A model generated the notes under the pieces. That model was not told where the DNA came from. It made no database searches and was given only the letters and a program-made list of their open reading frames with translations. The position numbers were made by a program, and so were the translations under genes. A stretch of DNA of 38,494 bases from the IMG/VR virus record IMGVR_UViG_3300011339_000429, positions 1 to 38,494 of that record. One strand, written 5' to 3'. This stretch comes from a virus. Lineage: Duplodnaviria; Caudoviricetes. Shown here in pieces: positions 26,455 through 37,234 of this stretch (the stretch's first letter is position 1; each line of letters starts with the position of its first letter).

Positions 26455-27039
26455 ATGAGCGACAAGATAATAAGCACTAAGTATTCAGATCAGACGCTGG
26501 GTACTTACGTAGATTTCGTTAATGCCGGAAATGATAGTATTTCACAGATTTTGGCAATAACAGGATTGAAAAGAGACGATATACGAAAGATAGACATGCC
26601 TACTATTGACAAGATAGTTAATGCTTATGCTGAAGGTTTAAAGAATGATGAGAAGATATTTCAGAAATTCATAGAGATAGATGGGGTTAAGTTTGGCTTT
26701 CATCCTAATCTTAAATCTATGAGCTTTGGAGAGTGGCTAGACCTATCTGAATTCAGCAAGAACTATCCTACTCAACTGCCTGAACTGATGTGTATTCTTT
26801 ATAGACCTGTTACTGCTGAGATTAATCTGCAATACAAGATAGAGGATTATGATAGTGATGTACATCTAAAGTTTGTGCCTCAAATGCGCAAGATGAATCT
26901 AGCCAATGTAAATGCTGCGCTGCTTTTTTTTTCGACACTCAGAAAAGATTTATTGACCAATACACCCGATTATTTAGAACAGGAGCTGGAGATATTGAGG
27001 AAGGAGATCAGTCAATTAGCCGAAGAGGTGAAACACTAG
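26455..27039 (+). CDS. Tail assembly chaperone (gpG-like, unshifted product)
   Basis: FGFHPNL..MSFGEWLDL and ILYRP motifs; LLFF encoded by a T9 run. Confidence 0.7.
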   Translation: MSDKIISTKYSDQTLGTYVDFVNAGNDSISQILAITGLKRDDIRKIDMPTIDKIVNAYAEGLKNDEKIFQKFIEIDGVKFGFHPNLKSMSFGEWLDLSEFSKNYPTQLPELMCILYRPVTAEINLQYKIEDYDSDVHLKFVPQMRKMNLANVNAALLFFSTLRKDLLTNTPDYLEQELEILRKEISQLAEEVKH

Positions 27040-27194
27040 CAAGCGTCTATCAGTGGTGGCATGTTATCGAAGAGATGTGCGAGAGAGATGTAACTAAATT
27101 TGATGCCATAACCAATACTAGAGCTTCAACTATATTCACCCATTTGACCTACGCTATGGACTATGCCAACTCATTACAACAAAAGCTATCTTAA
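26925..27194 (+). CDS. -1 frameshift extension of the tail chaperone (gpGT-like)
   Basis: The -1 frame is open from the T9 run to TAA 27192..27194: FDTQKRFIDQYTRLF..YQWWHVIEEMCERDVTKFDAIT..QQKLS. Confidence 0.75.
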   Translation, partial: FFFDTQKRFIDQYTRLFRTGAGDIEEGDQSISRRGETLASVYQWWHVIEEMCERDVTKFDAITNTRASTIFTHLTYAMDYANSLQQKLS

Positions 27195-27209
27195 ATTCCA
27201 CTAATAGAT

Positions 27210-29813
27210 ATGAGCACAATTAACTACACATACAACGTAATAGTAGATAGGTTTAGACAGTTCGCAGAGGGGCACTTTCAGCTGCGTAGGTTTACGCATG
27301 GTGAGATTAGCCAAGCTGATTTAGAGAAGGAGGCAGAGTGGCCTTGGCTGCACGTCAAGCCACGAGCTATTAACTATTCGCCAGGTACTAGAGCTTTTAG
27401 CTTTGAGATATTTATCTCAGATCTACCTCGCGACAAAGAAGATAAGACAGGATACCAAGCGGAAAGTATTACCGACTGCTCACTAATCTTTCAAGATTTA
27501 ATTAACGAGATTTACTTGGGCAATATGTTTGGAGATCAGGTAGTGCTTACTCGCCCTGTTAACTCTGAGCCATTTGTTGAGCAGTATACTCACACTCTTA
27601 CGGGAGTTACCGGAACAATAGAGCTTAACTTAGATTACGATTGGAGCGCATGCTCTATCCCTGCGAGTTGGAACTACAACACACCTACAGATTCGCCATC
27701 AGATGGATGGGGAGCACTTCAATTTATTGAAAGCTTAGATCAGAATGGGGTATTTGTTAGCTTAGTGAATGATGAAGAAACACCGGGCAATAGTTACTAC
27801 TACGGAACTAACGCAAGCGGAGTTAAGGGATGGTATGCAACTGAGGCAGGTGGATTAACCTGCGAAGATTTACCCGATTGCGCTGTTATCATTTCTATCA
27901 CAGATGACATCATAGCCCTGCAAACAGATGTAGCTTTAAAAGCTAACACTGCTGATTTAGGAGCTACAGCTTTTAGCAACGATTATAATGATTTAGATAA
28001 CTTACCTACTATTCCTCCTGCTCAAGTTAATTCCGATTGGAACGCGACGAGCGGAGTAGCTGAGATACTTAACAAGCCTACCATTCCTGCTGCACAGATT
28101 CAATCCGATTGGACACAATCCAACAACGCTGCATTAGATTACATTAAGAACAAACCAACGCTAACGAATGGAACAGTTACTTCGGTTGGTTTAACAATGC
28201 CTTCCGCATTTAGTGTAGCGAATAGTCCCATTACAAGTTCGGGAGATATAGCGGTAACAGGAGCGGGTACTGTATCACAATATGTGAGAGGTGATGGTAG
28301 CTTAGCTAACTTTCCATCGTCAACAGGCGGTGGCTCTTCGTTAGCTTTCTACTTAAATGGATCAGTAGCGCAAGGTACAATTGGCGGTGTAGCTTTCAAA
28401 GAAATGGACAGGACACCTATCTTAGGAGCGGGTACTGATTTTACAATAAACGCTAACGGTTACATTCAAAGTTTTATAACAGATGCAAACGTTCCAAATC
28501 TTTTAGAGATACCGGCAGGAAATTGGAATTTCGAAACATATTTTAGCGCGTCGAGTGGCGGTGGTAGTCCTTCATTTTATGTGGAGTTATACAAATGGAA
28601 CGGTGCAACATTATCTTTGATAGCATCCAACTCAGCTACTCCCGAAGGCATAACTAATGGAACAGCAATAGATGCGTATTTCAGCGCATTAGCAGTTCCA
28701 CAAACTACCTTAGCAGCTACGGATAGATTGGCAATAAGAATCTACGTTACGCACTCAGGAAGGACAATTACACTTCACACCGAGAATAGTCATTTGTGCC
28801 AAGTAATTACTACTTTCTCAACTGGATTAACTGCATTGAATGGCTTAACGGCACAGGTGCAGAACTTCGCAACGGGAACAAGTGGAACAGACTTCGCTAT
28901 CTCATCTGCGACAAGTACACACACCTTCAATCTTCCAACGGCAAGCGCAGCTAATAGAGGTGCTTTGAGTTCTGCGGACTGGTCTACATTTAACGGCAAG
29001 CAAGACGCGTTAGGATTTACAGCCGAGAATACAGCGAACAAACAGAACTCATTAGCAATAGACGGCACAGGGGTTAAATTCCCAACCGTTGACGCGGTTA
29101 ATACGCAGTCGATGATTGATAAGGGAAAGAGAATGGTTTCTTTCTTTACTGATTTTTACGGTAATGACCTTTCAAGAGATGGTTTAATTTCGGCTACTTC
29201 GGGTGGTATAATTTCAGCTCAATCTTTAACAGCAGTTCCAAATAGAACTAATCAAATAGGAGTACATGCGCTAAGTACTTCAACAGCTGCAACCAATTGG
29301 GCTAATCATGTTAGCTCAGGTGTAACGAGTATGTATTTAGGCAATGGCGCTTGGGTTTATGAAACATCTATTAATTCATCAAATTTGAGTGTAGTAACCG
29401 ATAGATTTAGAATTGTTAGCGGTTATGGTAGTGCAAGTGGATTAGCTGCTGAAACAGATGGAGTATTTTTTACTTATGACGAAGGCGGTACTTTGAATGG
29501 AACGGCTGCGAGTCCTAACTGGCAATGCGTAACGGTCGCGAATAGTGTTCGTACACTTACTACTACTTCAACTGCAGTAACTAACGCAGCATGGAATAAA
29601 TTGAGAATTGAAATTAACGCAGCGGGAACTTCTGCAGCGTTTTATGTGAACGGTACTTTAGTAGCTACTCATACAACTAACATTCCTTTAGGTTCAGCTT
29701 CACGATTTGTAGTAGTAAAACAAGGCATTTATAAAACGATTGGAACAACAAACAGAGTTATGTGGGTTGATTATTTAGGCTACGAAAACATTCAAACAAC
29801 ACCACGCACATGA
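27210..29813 (+). CDS. Tail terminator-like domain fused to a fibre with a lectin-like tip
   Basis: N-terminal ~150 aa (WPWLHV, ISDL, EPFVEQY, CSIP), then SDWN/NKPTIP and GTVTSVGL fibre repeats, then a C-terminal WNKLRIEIN..FYVNGTLV LamG/ConA-like pattern. Confidence 0.65.
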   Translation: MSTINYTYNVIVDRFRQFAEGHFQLRRFTHGEISQADLEKEAEWPWLHVKPRAINYSPGTRAFSFEIFISDLPRDKEDKTGYQAESITDCSLIFQDLINEIYLGNMFGDQVVLTRPVNSEPFVEQYTHTLTGVTGTIELNLDYDWSACSIPASWNYNTPTDSPSDGWGALQFIESLDQNGVFVSLVNDEETPGNSYYYGTNASGVKGWYATEAGGLTCEDLPDCAVIISITDDIIALQTDVALKANTADLGATAFSNDYNDLDNLPTIPPAQVNSDWNATSGVAEILNKPTIPAAQIQSDWTQSNNAALDYIKNKPTLTNGTVTSVGLTMPSAFSVANSPITSSGDIAVTGAGTVSQYVRGDGSLANFPSSTGGGSSLAFYLNGSVAQGTIGGVAFKEMDRTPILGAGTDFTINANGYIQSFITDANVPNLLEIPAGNWNFETYFSASSGGGSPSFYVELYKWNGATLSLIASNSATPEGITNGTAIDAYFSALAVPQTTLAATDRLAIRIYVTHSGRTITLHTENSHLCQVITTFSTGLTALNGLTAQVQNFATGTSGTDFAISSATSTHTFNLPTASAANRGALSSADWSTFNGKQDALGFTAENTANKQNSLAIDGTGVKFPTVDAVNTQSMIDKGKRMVSFFTDFYGNDLSRDGLISATSGGIISAQSLTAVPNRTNQIGVHALSTSTAATNWANHVSSGVTSMYLGNGAWVYETSINSSNLSVVTDRFRIVSGYGSASGLAAETDGVFFTYDEGGTLNGTAASPNWQCVTVANSVRTLTTTSTAVTNAAWNKLRIEINAAGTSAAFYVNGTLVATHTTNIPLGSASRFVVVKQGIYKTIGTTNRVMWVDYLGYENIQTTPRT

Positions 29814-29932
29814 TAATCACAAAGTATAGAATGATAACCGATAGCGGTTACATCGAAACGCTCAACGAAAAGGAAGCTATTGAGTGGAGAAAATATGAAG
29901 TAGTAACCGAAGAAGTTCCTGAAGAGGAATGA
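29810..29932 (+). CDS. Hypothetical 40-aa fibre-associated protein (MIITKYRMITDSGYIETLNEKEAIEWRKYEVVTEEVPEEE)
   Basis: ATGA overlaps on both sides. Confidence 0.65.
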   Translation: MIITKYRMITDSGYIETLNEKEAIEWRKYEVVTEEVPEEE

Positions 29933-30552
29933 GCATACTTGCTGAGCTATTCGAACAGGGAGCGCTATACGATGTGCTTTTAGATTTCGGGGAGACCGTT
30001 ACTGATCGCGCACGTAGTAACATTCGCATCCAGCAAACGAGGTACGGCAAGAAGCGCAAGGCTAACACTACAGGCACGCTTGCAGCTTCGCTATTTTATG
30101 ACATGGATGTTACCGGCACTACTCCATCTATAGCATTTGGCTCTACTGCTGATTATGCTCAGTGGGTGGAATACGGAAGGCAAGGTAAGGAAAGCAATTA
30201 TAGGGGTATAGATACACGCTTTGCAGCAGGCGCAGCTAAGCCACCGGTAGAAGCTATACTTAATTGGATGAATCTAAAGAGGATTAAGCTCAGAACTATG
30301 GGCGAAACAGGGAAGATGACTAAGTTCGCTAAGAGTGCAACTAACAAAGATGAGGATCAGCGCAGAAGAGTAGCTAATGCAATGGCTAAAAGCATAGAAA
30401 AGAAAGGTATTGCTCCGCTATATTATTGGAGAGATGCCTATTTAGAAACACTACCTGAATATGGAGCGCAGCTGAATGAAGCTATGGCAGATGCTGTGAA
30501 CATTTATATTTTAAACCAAACAAGAAAACTAACTAATATTAAACCTGCATAA
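29929..30552 (+). CDS. HK97 gp10-like tail completion protein (copy B)
   Basis: Paralogue of 399..1022; ADYAQWVEYGR. Confidence 0.65.
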   Translation: MSILAELFEQGALYDVLLDFGETVTDRARSNIRIQQTRYGKKRKANTTGTLAASLFYDMDVTGTTPSIAFGSTADYAQWVEYGRQGKESNYRGIDTRFAAGAAKPPVEAILNWMNLKRIKLRTMGETGKMTKFAKSATNKDEDQRRRVANAMAKSIEKKGIAPLYYWRDAYLETLPEYGAQLNEAMADAVNIYILNQTRKLTNIKPA

Positions 30553-31835
30553 TGGCAATTACAATACAACAAGAGCCCTATCCATACACAGCACTAAAGC
30601 AAAAGCTGATAGTGGTAGCTACATCATCTAACATAGGGCAGCCTGGCTTTAGATATGTGGTAGAGGTAATCGTTAACGGAGCACCTGCTAATACCTTTTA
30701 CGTGCAGCCTAATCTTAGTGGAGCTTTAGTCTTTGACCTTTACCCTGTAGTCTATTCAAAGATGGATATAGGAGTAAATAGCGCAGACGCTGTGCCTTCT
30801 CTATTTGCATCTACATCAGTTCAAGATGAGAAATCAGCTAGAAATATTATGACTGTTGAAGCTAACATCTATGAAGGTTATGAGGTGCTTGGGTTATTTG
30901 AGGTGCAGGCTACTGCCTATCCTGTAGATGAGCTTTCATTAATCAATGCAGCATTTCAGATTAGTGATGGGTTTAATCCTGATCCATCTAATTATTTTTC
31001 TTTGTCAGGTAGTAACGGTCGCATCATGAGTGATTTAGTGCGTAGCACTTATGCAATGGATGATGTATTAAGCCAGTATAGCTTAGGTAATAAAACTATA
31101 GGGATAACAGCTTTTGCTGATGATTACGGTGTGCTTACTATACCTGCTGATGATGGCTCTAAATTAACAGGCAATGATATCTTTGATATTCAAATAGTTC
31201 AATTTAATGCAGCAGGCGCACCTATTCAAACAGATACAGTTTCATGTACAATAGCAGCAGGCAATATTAACCATTTGCCACTATTACCGGCTAACGTGAA
31301 TGATGCTTATGGATTACAAGCTACATGGCATCATTACCTAGTTACTTTTAGAAATGCAGGAGGCACCTCATGTGCTACACCTATAGCTGTATTCAAAGCA
31401 GCAGACGAATGCAGATTTGATAAGATTAGATTAGGCTGGACTAATAGCCGAGGTGGATGGGACTATTTCAATTTTACTAAACGCTCTGAGGAAAATTACT
31501 CAGTGGAACGCAAGCGCTACAGAAAGGTAGTAGGTAACTATGGTATTGCTGATGAAACTACATCTTTTGGATTTAATACTTATGATAGAGGGCTAACTGA
31601 ACGCACCCCATTTGTAGAGAAGATGCTAAGAGTTAGAACTGACTTCTTAACTGAGGGACAATTTGAATACCTTAAGAATCTAATCTATAGTGAATCGGTT
31701 TATATTATTAATCCTGATGGCTCAGCTACAGGAGTAGTGATAGATAGCAATAACTATACTGCAATTAAATCGCGCAGCTACGCTAAAAATGATTTAGAAT
31801 TGATGTTAAAATTCAGTAACGACTATACAGCATGA
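30552..31835 (+). CDS. Probable distal tail protein (copy B)
   Basis: Paralogue of 1025..2311. Confidence 0.6.
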   Translation: MAITIQQEPYPYTALKQKLIVVATSSNIGQPGFRYVVEVIVNGAPANTFYVQPNLSGALVFDLYPVVYSKMDIGVNSADAVPSLFASTSVQDEKSARNIMTVEANIYEGYEVLGLFEVQATAYPVDELSLINAAFQISDGFNPDPSNYFSLSGSNGRIMSDLVRSTYAMDDVLSQYSLGNKTIGITAFADDYGVLTIPADDGSKLTGNDIFDIQIVQFNAAGAPIQTDTVSCTIAAGNINHLPLLPANVNDAYGLQATWHHYLVTFRNAGGTSCATPIAVFKAADECRFDKIRLGWTNSRGGWDYFNFTKRSEENYSVERKRYRKVVGNYGIADETTSFGFNTYDRGLTERTPFVEKMLRVRTDFLTEGQFEYLKNLIYSESVYIINPDGSATGVVIDSNNYTAIKSRSYAKNDLELMLKFSNDYTA

Positions 31836-34800
31836 GACCTGAAGTATTATTAACGGTAACGGCTAGCAATGGAGTTGCTACACTAGTAGACCTATACGAG
31901 AATGAGAGCATTAGCTACTCATCTAATTTTAATAGTGTTTCTGAGTTTACAACTAGGGGAGCTTTCTCGCGTGAGTTTAGAATCCCTGCGACTAAGAATA
32001 ACGTAGATTTCTTCGGGCAGCAATATGAGCCGAGCTTACTTAACAACGACACTACACAAATCAATGTGTTACGCAAGATAGACGCAACGCTATCAGTCAA
32101 CACTTTGCCCATTGCGGAAGGGCACATACAATTTAAGCAGGCCATTACTCAGCAGGGTAAAATGCACGAATTCGTTATAGCATTTTTTGGTGAGACAGTA
32201 GACTTAGCGCGCAGCATTGGAGATAAGTTGATCAGTGAATTAGACTACACTGATTTAGCCCACGAGAATAGCTATGAGAATGTAAATCTAATTAACGATG
32301 GTAGCTTATTTGATTATGCTATCTGCTATACACTAACTGATAAGGGGCAGAATTGGAGTGAGGATAGCACAGTAACAAGTAGAAGGATATTCAGCTCTGT
32401 TAATCCAATTTATACCGGAGAGCTTACACTAGCTGTTCAAGCTAAGTGGCTAATGGATAAGATAATTAATGAGGCTGGCTTTACATGGAGCGGAGATACT
32501 TTGAGTAATGAGCTTAATGAAATGTACATACCCTACATTACTAATCCTCTTACACTTGGAAATATTGCAGCTGATGAGGCTAAATTTAGTGCAGAATATA
32601 CATCTAATCAGACATTTAATTTAACTGTAATACCATTTACAGGATTATATCGAAAGCAACTTACAGGATGGGTAGAAACTTTTGATCCATCTAGCAGCTT
32701 TGCATCTAACGTATACACTTCTCAGGGTAATTTTAACATTACATTTAATGCTGATTTATTTATAGAAGTAGCAGCAAGCACAAGTGTTAGCACGTATGAC
32801 ATAAATCTAGGAATAACAAGAGGAGGCATAGAGACAATACAGCCGATGACTAACGGTCAAGGTTTAACAAATATAGAGTTTGATTGGAATAGTAGTAATC
32901 AGGTGTATGATCCTACAGCAGCTACTATTATACATGCAGTTTGTAATAAGACTTTAGAAATTCAAACAGGAGATGAAATAAGACTTTATATCTACGGTCA
33001 TTTGGGAAGCCAACTTACAATAGATGTTAATACTGATTCTACTTTTTCTATTTCATTTGTAACAGGAGAGCTACAGGCTCAGCCTATTAATTTTATTAAG
33101 AATGCACCTGAGCTAAAGCAGGTAGATTACTTGCGAGATATTCTTAAGATGTTTAATGCTGTCTTAGTTCCTAATCCAAACATGCCTAACGCTGTTGAGA
33201 TTATACCAATGGTGGAGTATTTGGGCAGCGGTGCTGATTACGATTGGACAGGTAAACTAGACCTATCTAAAGACATTGTATTAACACCAGCAGCAGACGT
33301 AAGAAAGCGCCTACTTAAGTGGAGCTATAAAGAGCAGGGAGATTTCTTTAATGCTAAGTATAAGAGCGCAGCACAGCGCGTGTATGGAGAGCTTAGGTTA
33401 ACTGATGCAGGCAATGATTTCAGCACAAGTGATTATACTGTTGAGCTAAACTTTGGCGCTTCACCTTGCGACCTTATCCCTAACACTACGTATATTATCC
33501 CTAAGTACTTTAACGAGAAAGGGGAATTTATGGCACCAGGTGCGAGGATTCTTTATAGAAGAGCTTATGAAGAGAGCGCTGTAGTTATGGTGTATGATGA
33601 GGTAGCAGAAGATGCAAGCTTTACAGTTATTCCTCTACTTTGTCATTACCAATCTGTACCAACTGAGATAGGCACTAATGATTTAAACTTTGGCCAAGAG
33701 ATACCTCCGCATCCAATAGAGGCCATGCCTCTTCACACACTTTTTGATAGATATTGGAGGCAGTACATAGCCGAGCTGTATGATGACGAACAGAAGATAA
33801 TGGAGGCTTACTTTCAATTAGGAGTAACTGATGTATTCGGCTTAAAATTTAATGATAAGATTTGGGTTAAAGATTCGTGGTGGAGAGTAATTGAATTAAC
33901 AGATTACATAGTAGCTGATGAGCAAGTAACTAAGTGTAAGCTTATGCGCTTACTTGACATCGGAGCGCTATGCCAATACACCCCATCTACCATTAACGCG
34001 ACTACAGGAGCTGTAGATTTCTTAGATTATGATGGAGATGTTAGCAATGGATCACAAGAGTGCTGCGAGTTTTATGGCTATAATTGGAATGCAGGAAAAG
34101 GACAGTGTTTTGCATCTACAGGTACTAACGGTACAGGTGGAATAATCAGCAGCCCTAATAACGTAGGAGGTAGCAATATCACTAACACTAGTGGTAATCA
34201 GAAGAGCGCTACCGGAATGGGCAATGTAAATAGAGCATCTATTGAAAACAATAATGAGCGCATCTTAGTTAGTGGCTTAGGGCATGGTATCTCACCTAAC
34301 AACAATTACAGCCAAGCGTTAGGCTATCGCAACTTCATTAGGCCTAACTTAGAAGGTACTACAGTTATGGGCCGATGGGCAGAAGCTGATGTAAGAGGGG
34401 TGCACTTTGGCGGTGGTACGTGGTACGATGGAACATCAGACTTTGGAACAACTATACCCGGTAGAAGCCAGCATGGATTTATACAGCTCATGGGCTTAGG
34501 TGAATTAGAAGCTAATCCAACTAACATAGATTTGTTATTAGATGGAATAGATGGAGGGGTAATAGCTACACCAACTGAAACCGTTTGGATGGTAAAGATT
34601 TATATTTCAATTCTCGAATATCTTTATGGTAGCACTGACTTTACAGGCCGAGTAGCAAGCCTTGAGTATAGCGCTATGGTGTGGAAAGATAAGACTACTC
34701 AAAGCGCATCTGCACCCATCTTAGTTAATCAATTTAACAGTGGATTTGGTGCGAGCTTATTTGATTTGTACTTACCTATTGTAAGTAACAAATTAGCACC

Positions 34801-34894
34801 GTACATAACGTGCAAAGTAACAGGTAAGACAGCAGTGATCAGTGCAACGGTTCAATATACACAAAGCAAATTTCAACGTACACCTATAATATGA
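31832..34894 (+). CDS. Tail tip / baseplate hub protein (copy B)
   Basis: Paralogue of 2308..5376. Confidence 0.7.
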   Translation: MRPEVLLTVTASNGVATLVDLYENESISYSSNFNSVSEFTTRGAFSREFRIPATKNNVDFFGQQYEPSLLNNDTTQINVLRKIDATLSVNTLPIAEGHIQFKQAITQQGKMHEFVIAFFGETVDLARSIGDKLISELDYTDLAHENSYENVNLINDGSLFDYAICYTLTDKGQNWSEDSTVTSRRIFSSVNPIYTGELTLAVQAKWLMDKIINEAGFTWSGDTLSNELNEMYIPYITNPLTLGNIAADEAKFSAEYTSNQTFNLTVIPFTGLYRKQLTGWVETFDPSSSFASNVYTSQGNFNITFNADLFIEVAASTSVSTYDINLGITRGGIETIQPMTNGQGLTNIEFDWNSSNQVYDPTAATIIHAVCNKTLEIQTGDEIRLYIYGHLGSQLTIDVNTDSTFSISFVTGELQAQPINFIKNAPELKQVDYLRDILKMFNAVLVPNPNMPNAVEIIPMVEYLGSGADYDWTGKLDLSKDIVLTPAADVRKRLLKWSYKEQGDFFNAKYKSAAQRVYGELRLTDAGNDFSTSDYTVELNFGASPCDLIPNTTYIIPKYFNEKGEFMAPGARILYRRAYEESAVVMVYDEVAEDASFTVIPLLCHYQSVPTEIGTNDLNFGQEIPPHPIEAMPLHTLFDRYWRQYIAELYDDEQKIMEAYFQLGVTDVFGLKFNDKIWVKDSWWRVIELTDYIVADEQVTKCKLMRLLDIGALCQYTPSTINATTGAVDFLDYDGDVSNGSQECCEFYGYNWNAGKGQCFASTGTNGTGGIISSPNNVGGSNITNTSGNQKSATGMGNVNRASIENNNERILVSGLGHGISPNNNYSQALGYRNFIRPNLEGTTVMGRWAEADVRGVHFGGGTWYDGTSDFGTTIPGRSQHGFIQLMGLGELEANPTNIDLLLDGIDGGVIATPTETVWMVKIYISILEYLYGSTDFTGRVASLEYSAMVWKDKTTQSASAPILVNQFNSGFGASLFDLYLPIVSNKLAPYITCKVTGKTAVISATVQYTQSKFQRTPII

Positions 34895-35088
34895 CAAATC
34901 CTCAAGAAGATATAATGTATAGTATGACTTTGTTAAGGTCTAATGTACCCGGCAAGAGCCCTGAGTTTAAGCATGCAGTAGGTCTCTACCATGCAAGGTT
35001 TAAAGTGTGGCAAATAAGAGCTATTAATTACACTATAATAGTAGGGCTACTAAGCTTAATTACATTCACAATCTATAGTATACTATAA
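34891..35088 (+). CDS. Small membrane protein (copy B)
   Basis: Paralogue of 5373..5570. Confidence 0.7.
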   Translation: MTNPQEDIMYSMTLLRSNVPGKSPEFKHAVGLYHARFKVWQIRAINYTIIVGLLSLITFTIYSIL

Positions 35089-37076
35089 TGGCTACACAAG
35101 AGATGATATTAAAACTCTCATTTGATGATGAGGGTACATTTGTAGGTTTAGAAGATATAAACCAAGAGCTGGCTAAAACAGATGCAGCCACTACACAATT
35201 AGAGAAATCTACCAAAACACTTAAGGCACAATACGCTGAGCTGAAAAAACAGCAAGATCAATTTGATCCAGGCACTGAGAAGTTTAATGAGCTTTCTCAA
35301 AAGATGGGTGAGCTGAAGGATAGAATGAATGATGCAGCTGAGGCTGTTAAAGGTAATACAGGCCCTGCTATTGAAGGAGCTCGCGCTTCGTTTGGAATGT
35401 TAGGAGAGCAGATGCTTAACTTAGATTTTGAGGGGGTAGCTCAGTCGGTTAATTTGGTGAGTGGAAATATAGCACGTATTAAGCCTGCTGATTTTGCCAA
35501 TGGCTTAAAATCTATAGGCATGGCAGGGGTAAATGCATTTAAAGCTATAGGCCAAGCTATTATGGCTAACCCATTGCTAGCAGTAGCGGGAGTACTTATA
35601 GCCATTGCTATGAATTTTGATAAGGTTATAAAGTATTTGCCTGCATTAGAGAAAGGATTAACAGGAATTAATGAACAAGATAGAGAAAGCTTACGCATAT
35701 CTAAAGCTAAAGCAGACGCATCTAAAAAAGCTCTAGAGAGTTTTGATAATCAGACTAACGCATTAAAGCTACAGGGTAAGACAGAAAGAGAGATTCTTAA
35801 TCTTAAAATGACTCAGCTTAAGATTGCAATAGAAGATAGAAAAACTCAATTAGGCATACAAGAAAAGCAAGCTCAAATACAAATTGAAACAGCCCATAGA
35901 AATAAGGATATTTTAGAAGGTATTATGAGCTGGGTTAACAAGCCTATTCTTTTTATTTTAAATTCCATTGATGATATATCTAAAGCAATGGGTAAAGGCA
36001 GTCAAGGCTTAGCTGATAAGTACAACGCTTGGACTACTCAAATGGTTTTTGATACATCAGAAGTAGAGGCTGGATTAGCTAAAAGCATTCAAGAGAATAA
36101 AGATGCTTTGGATAAAATGACTAGTGATTATGATGGCTTACAATTAGATATTCAGAAAATAGATGCTGACGCTGCTAAAGCTAAGAATGATAAAGCAAAA
36201 GCTGCAAAAGATAAAGCAAAGCAAGATGCAGATGAGGCTTTAAAAGAAAAGTTAAAAAGAGATGCTGAAATAGCTCAGTACGAAAATCAAGCAAGAGAAG
36301 AAAGATTAAATGAAGAGGAAAGATTAGCAGAAGAAGCTTATCAAATTACTTTAAGTGCTCAACAAAAAGAGATAGATGCAGTTAGAAATAAGTACTTTGA
36401 ATTAATAAATCTTGCTGAGGAAGGCAGTGCACAGCAGTTACTATTTATAGAAGCTCAAGCTAAAGCAGAAGCAGATATTAATAAGAAATATGCAGATGAA
36501 GAAAAGGCAGCAAGAGAAAAAAAGAATGAAGAAAATGCAATTTTAGCAGCAAAAGAGTTAGCTGATGCACAAAAGTTAGAAAAGGAAAAAGCAGCCCTAC
36601 GGATGGCTAACATTGAATCTAATTTCGAAATGGCTTCTCTTGCGTTAGATACACTTAGCAGCCTCAATGAATCAGTAGCTAAAGGGGATGAGGCAAGCCA
36701 GCGTAAGGTATTTGAAAGAAATAAGAAACTTCAAAAAGCACAAGCTACTATAGCTATGGCTAGTGGTATTGTTCAACAGTTAGCTGTACCACAAGATCAG
36801 TTGACCGGTATGAACTTCGCTAAAGCAGCAGCGGTAGCAGCAGCAGGAGTAGCTAACATAGTTAAGATTAACCAAACTCAATTTGGTGGCGGTGGTACAG
36901 GAGGAAGTAATGGTAATCTAAACGCACCAACTGGAGGCAATGCACCGGCTATAGATTTTAGCGGAGCTAACATGCAAGTTAACGCACCAGGTACTACTGA
37001 GACCTATGTATTAGCAGGCAACGTAGCTAACGCATTAGAAGCTAGACAAAAAATAATAGACCAATCACACCTATAA
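35088..37076 (+). CDS. Tape measure protein (copy B)
   Basis: 662 aa; paralogue of 5570..7528. Confidence 0.75.
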   Translation: MATQEMILKLSFDDEGTFVGLEDINQELAKTDAATTQLEKSTKTLKAQYAELKKQQDQFDPGTEKFNELSQKMGELKDRMNDAAEAVKGNTGPAIEGARASFGMLGEQMLNLDFEGVAQSVNLVSGNIARIKPADFANGLKSIGMAGVNAFKAIGQAIMANPLLAVAGVLIAIAMNFDKVIKYLPALEKGLTGINEQDRESLRISKAKADASKKALESFDNQTNALKLQGKTEREILNLKMTQLKIAIEDRKTQLGIQEKQAQIQIETAHRNKDILEGIMSWVNKPILFILNSIDDISKAMGKGSQGLADKYNAWTTQMVFDTSEVEAGLAKSIQENKDALDKMTSDYDGLQLDIQKIDADAAKAKNDKAKAAKDKAKQDADEALKEKLKRDAEIAQYENQAREERLNEEERLAEEAYQITLSAQQKEIDAVRNKYFELINLAEEGSAQQLLFIEAQAKAEADINKKYADEEKAAREKKNEENAILAAKELADAQKLEKEKAALRMANIESNFEMASLALDTLSSLNESVAKGDEASQRKVFERNKKLQKAQATIAMASGIVQQLAVPQDQLTGMNFAKAAAVAAAGVANIVKINQTQFGGGGTGGSNGNLNAPTGGNAPAIDFSGANMQVNAPGTTETYVLAGNVANALEARQKIIDQSHL

Positions 37077-37081
37077 CAAAA

Positions 37082-37234
37082 ATGGCAAACTTTCCACTAT
37101 TAAAAAAGTGCATTGCTAGAGGAGTTAGAAATGCGCTATCTGAAATAGATAAGAGTGAGCTCCAAGATACTGAGCTCATAATTGACGAAGTAATAGAAGC
37201 TATACTATTTGAAATAAATGAAACCTATGAATGA
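37082..37234 (+). CDS. Hypothetical 50-aa protein (copy B)
   Basis: Paralogue of 7534..7692. Confidence 0.7.
   Translation: MANFPLLKKCIARGVRNALSEIDKSELQDTELIIDEVIEAILFEINETYE

Noticed and set aside
27960-28170. Tandem DNA repeats in the fibre gene
   Set aside because: These are degenerate protein-level SDW/NKPTIP fibre repeats, not a separate DNA element.
27210-29813. Diversity-generating retroelement or invertible fibre cassette
   Set aside because: No reverse transcriptase, no invertase, and no adenine-specific template/variable repeat pair seen.
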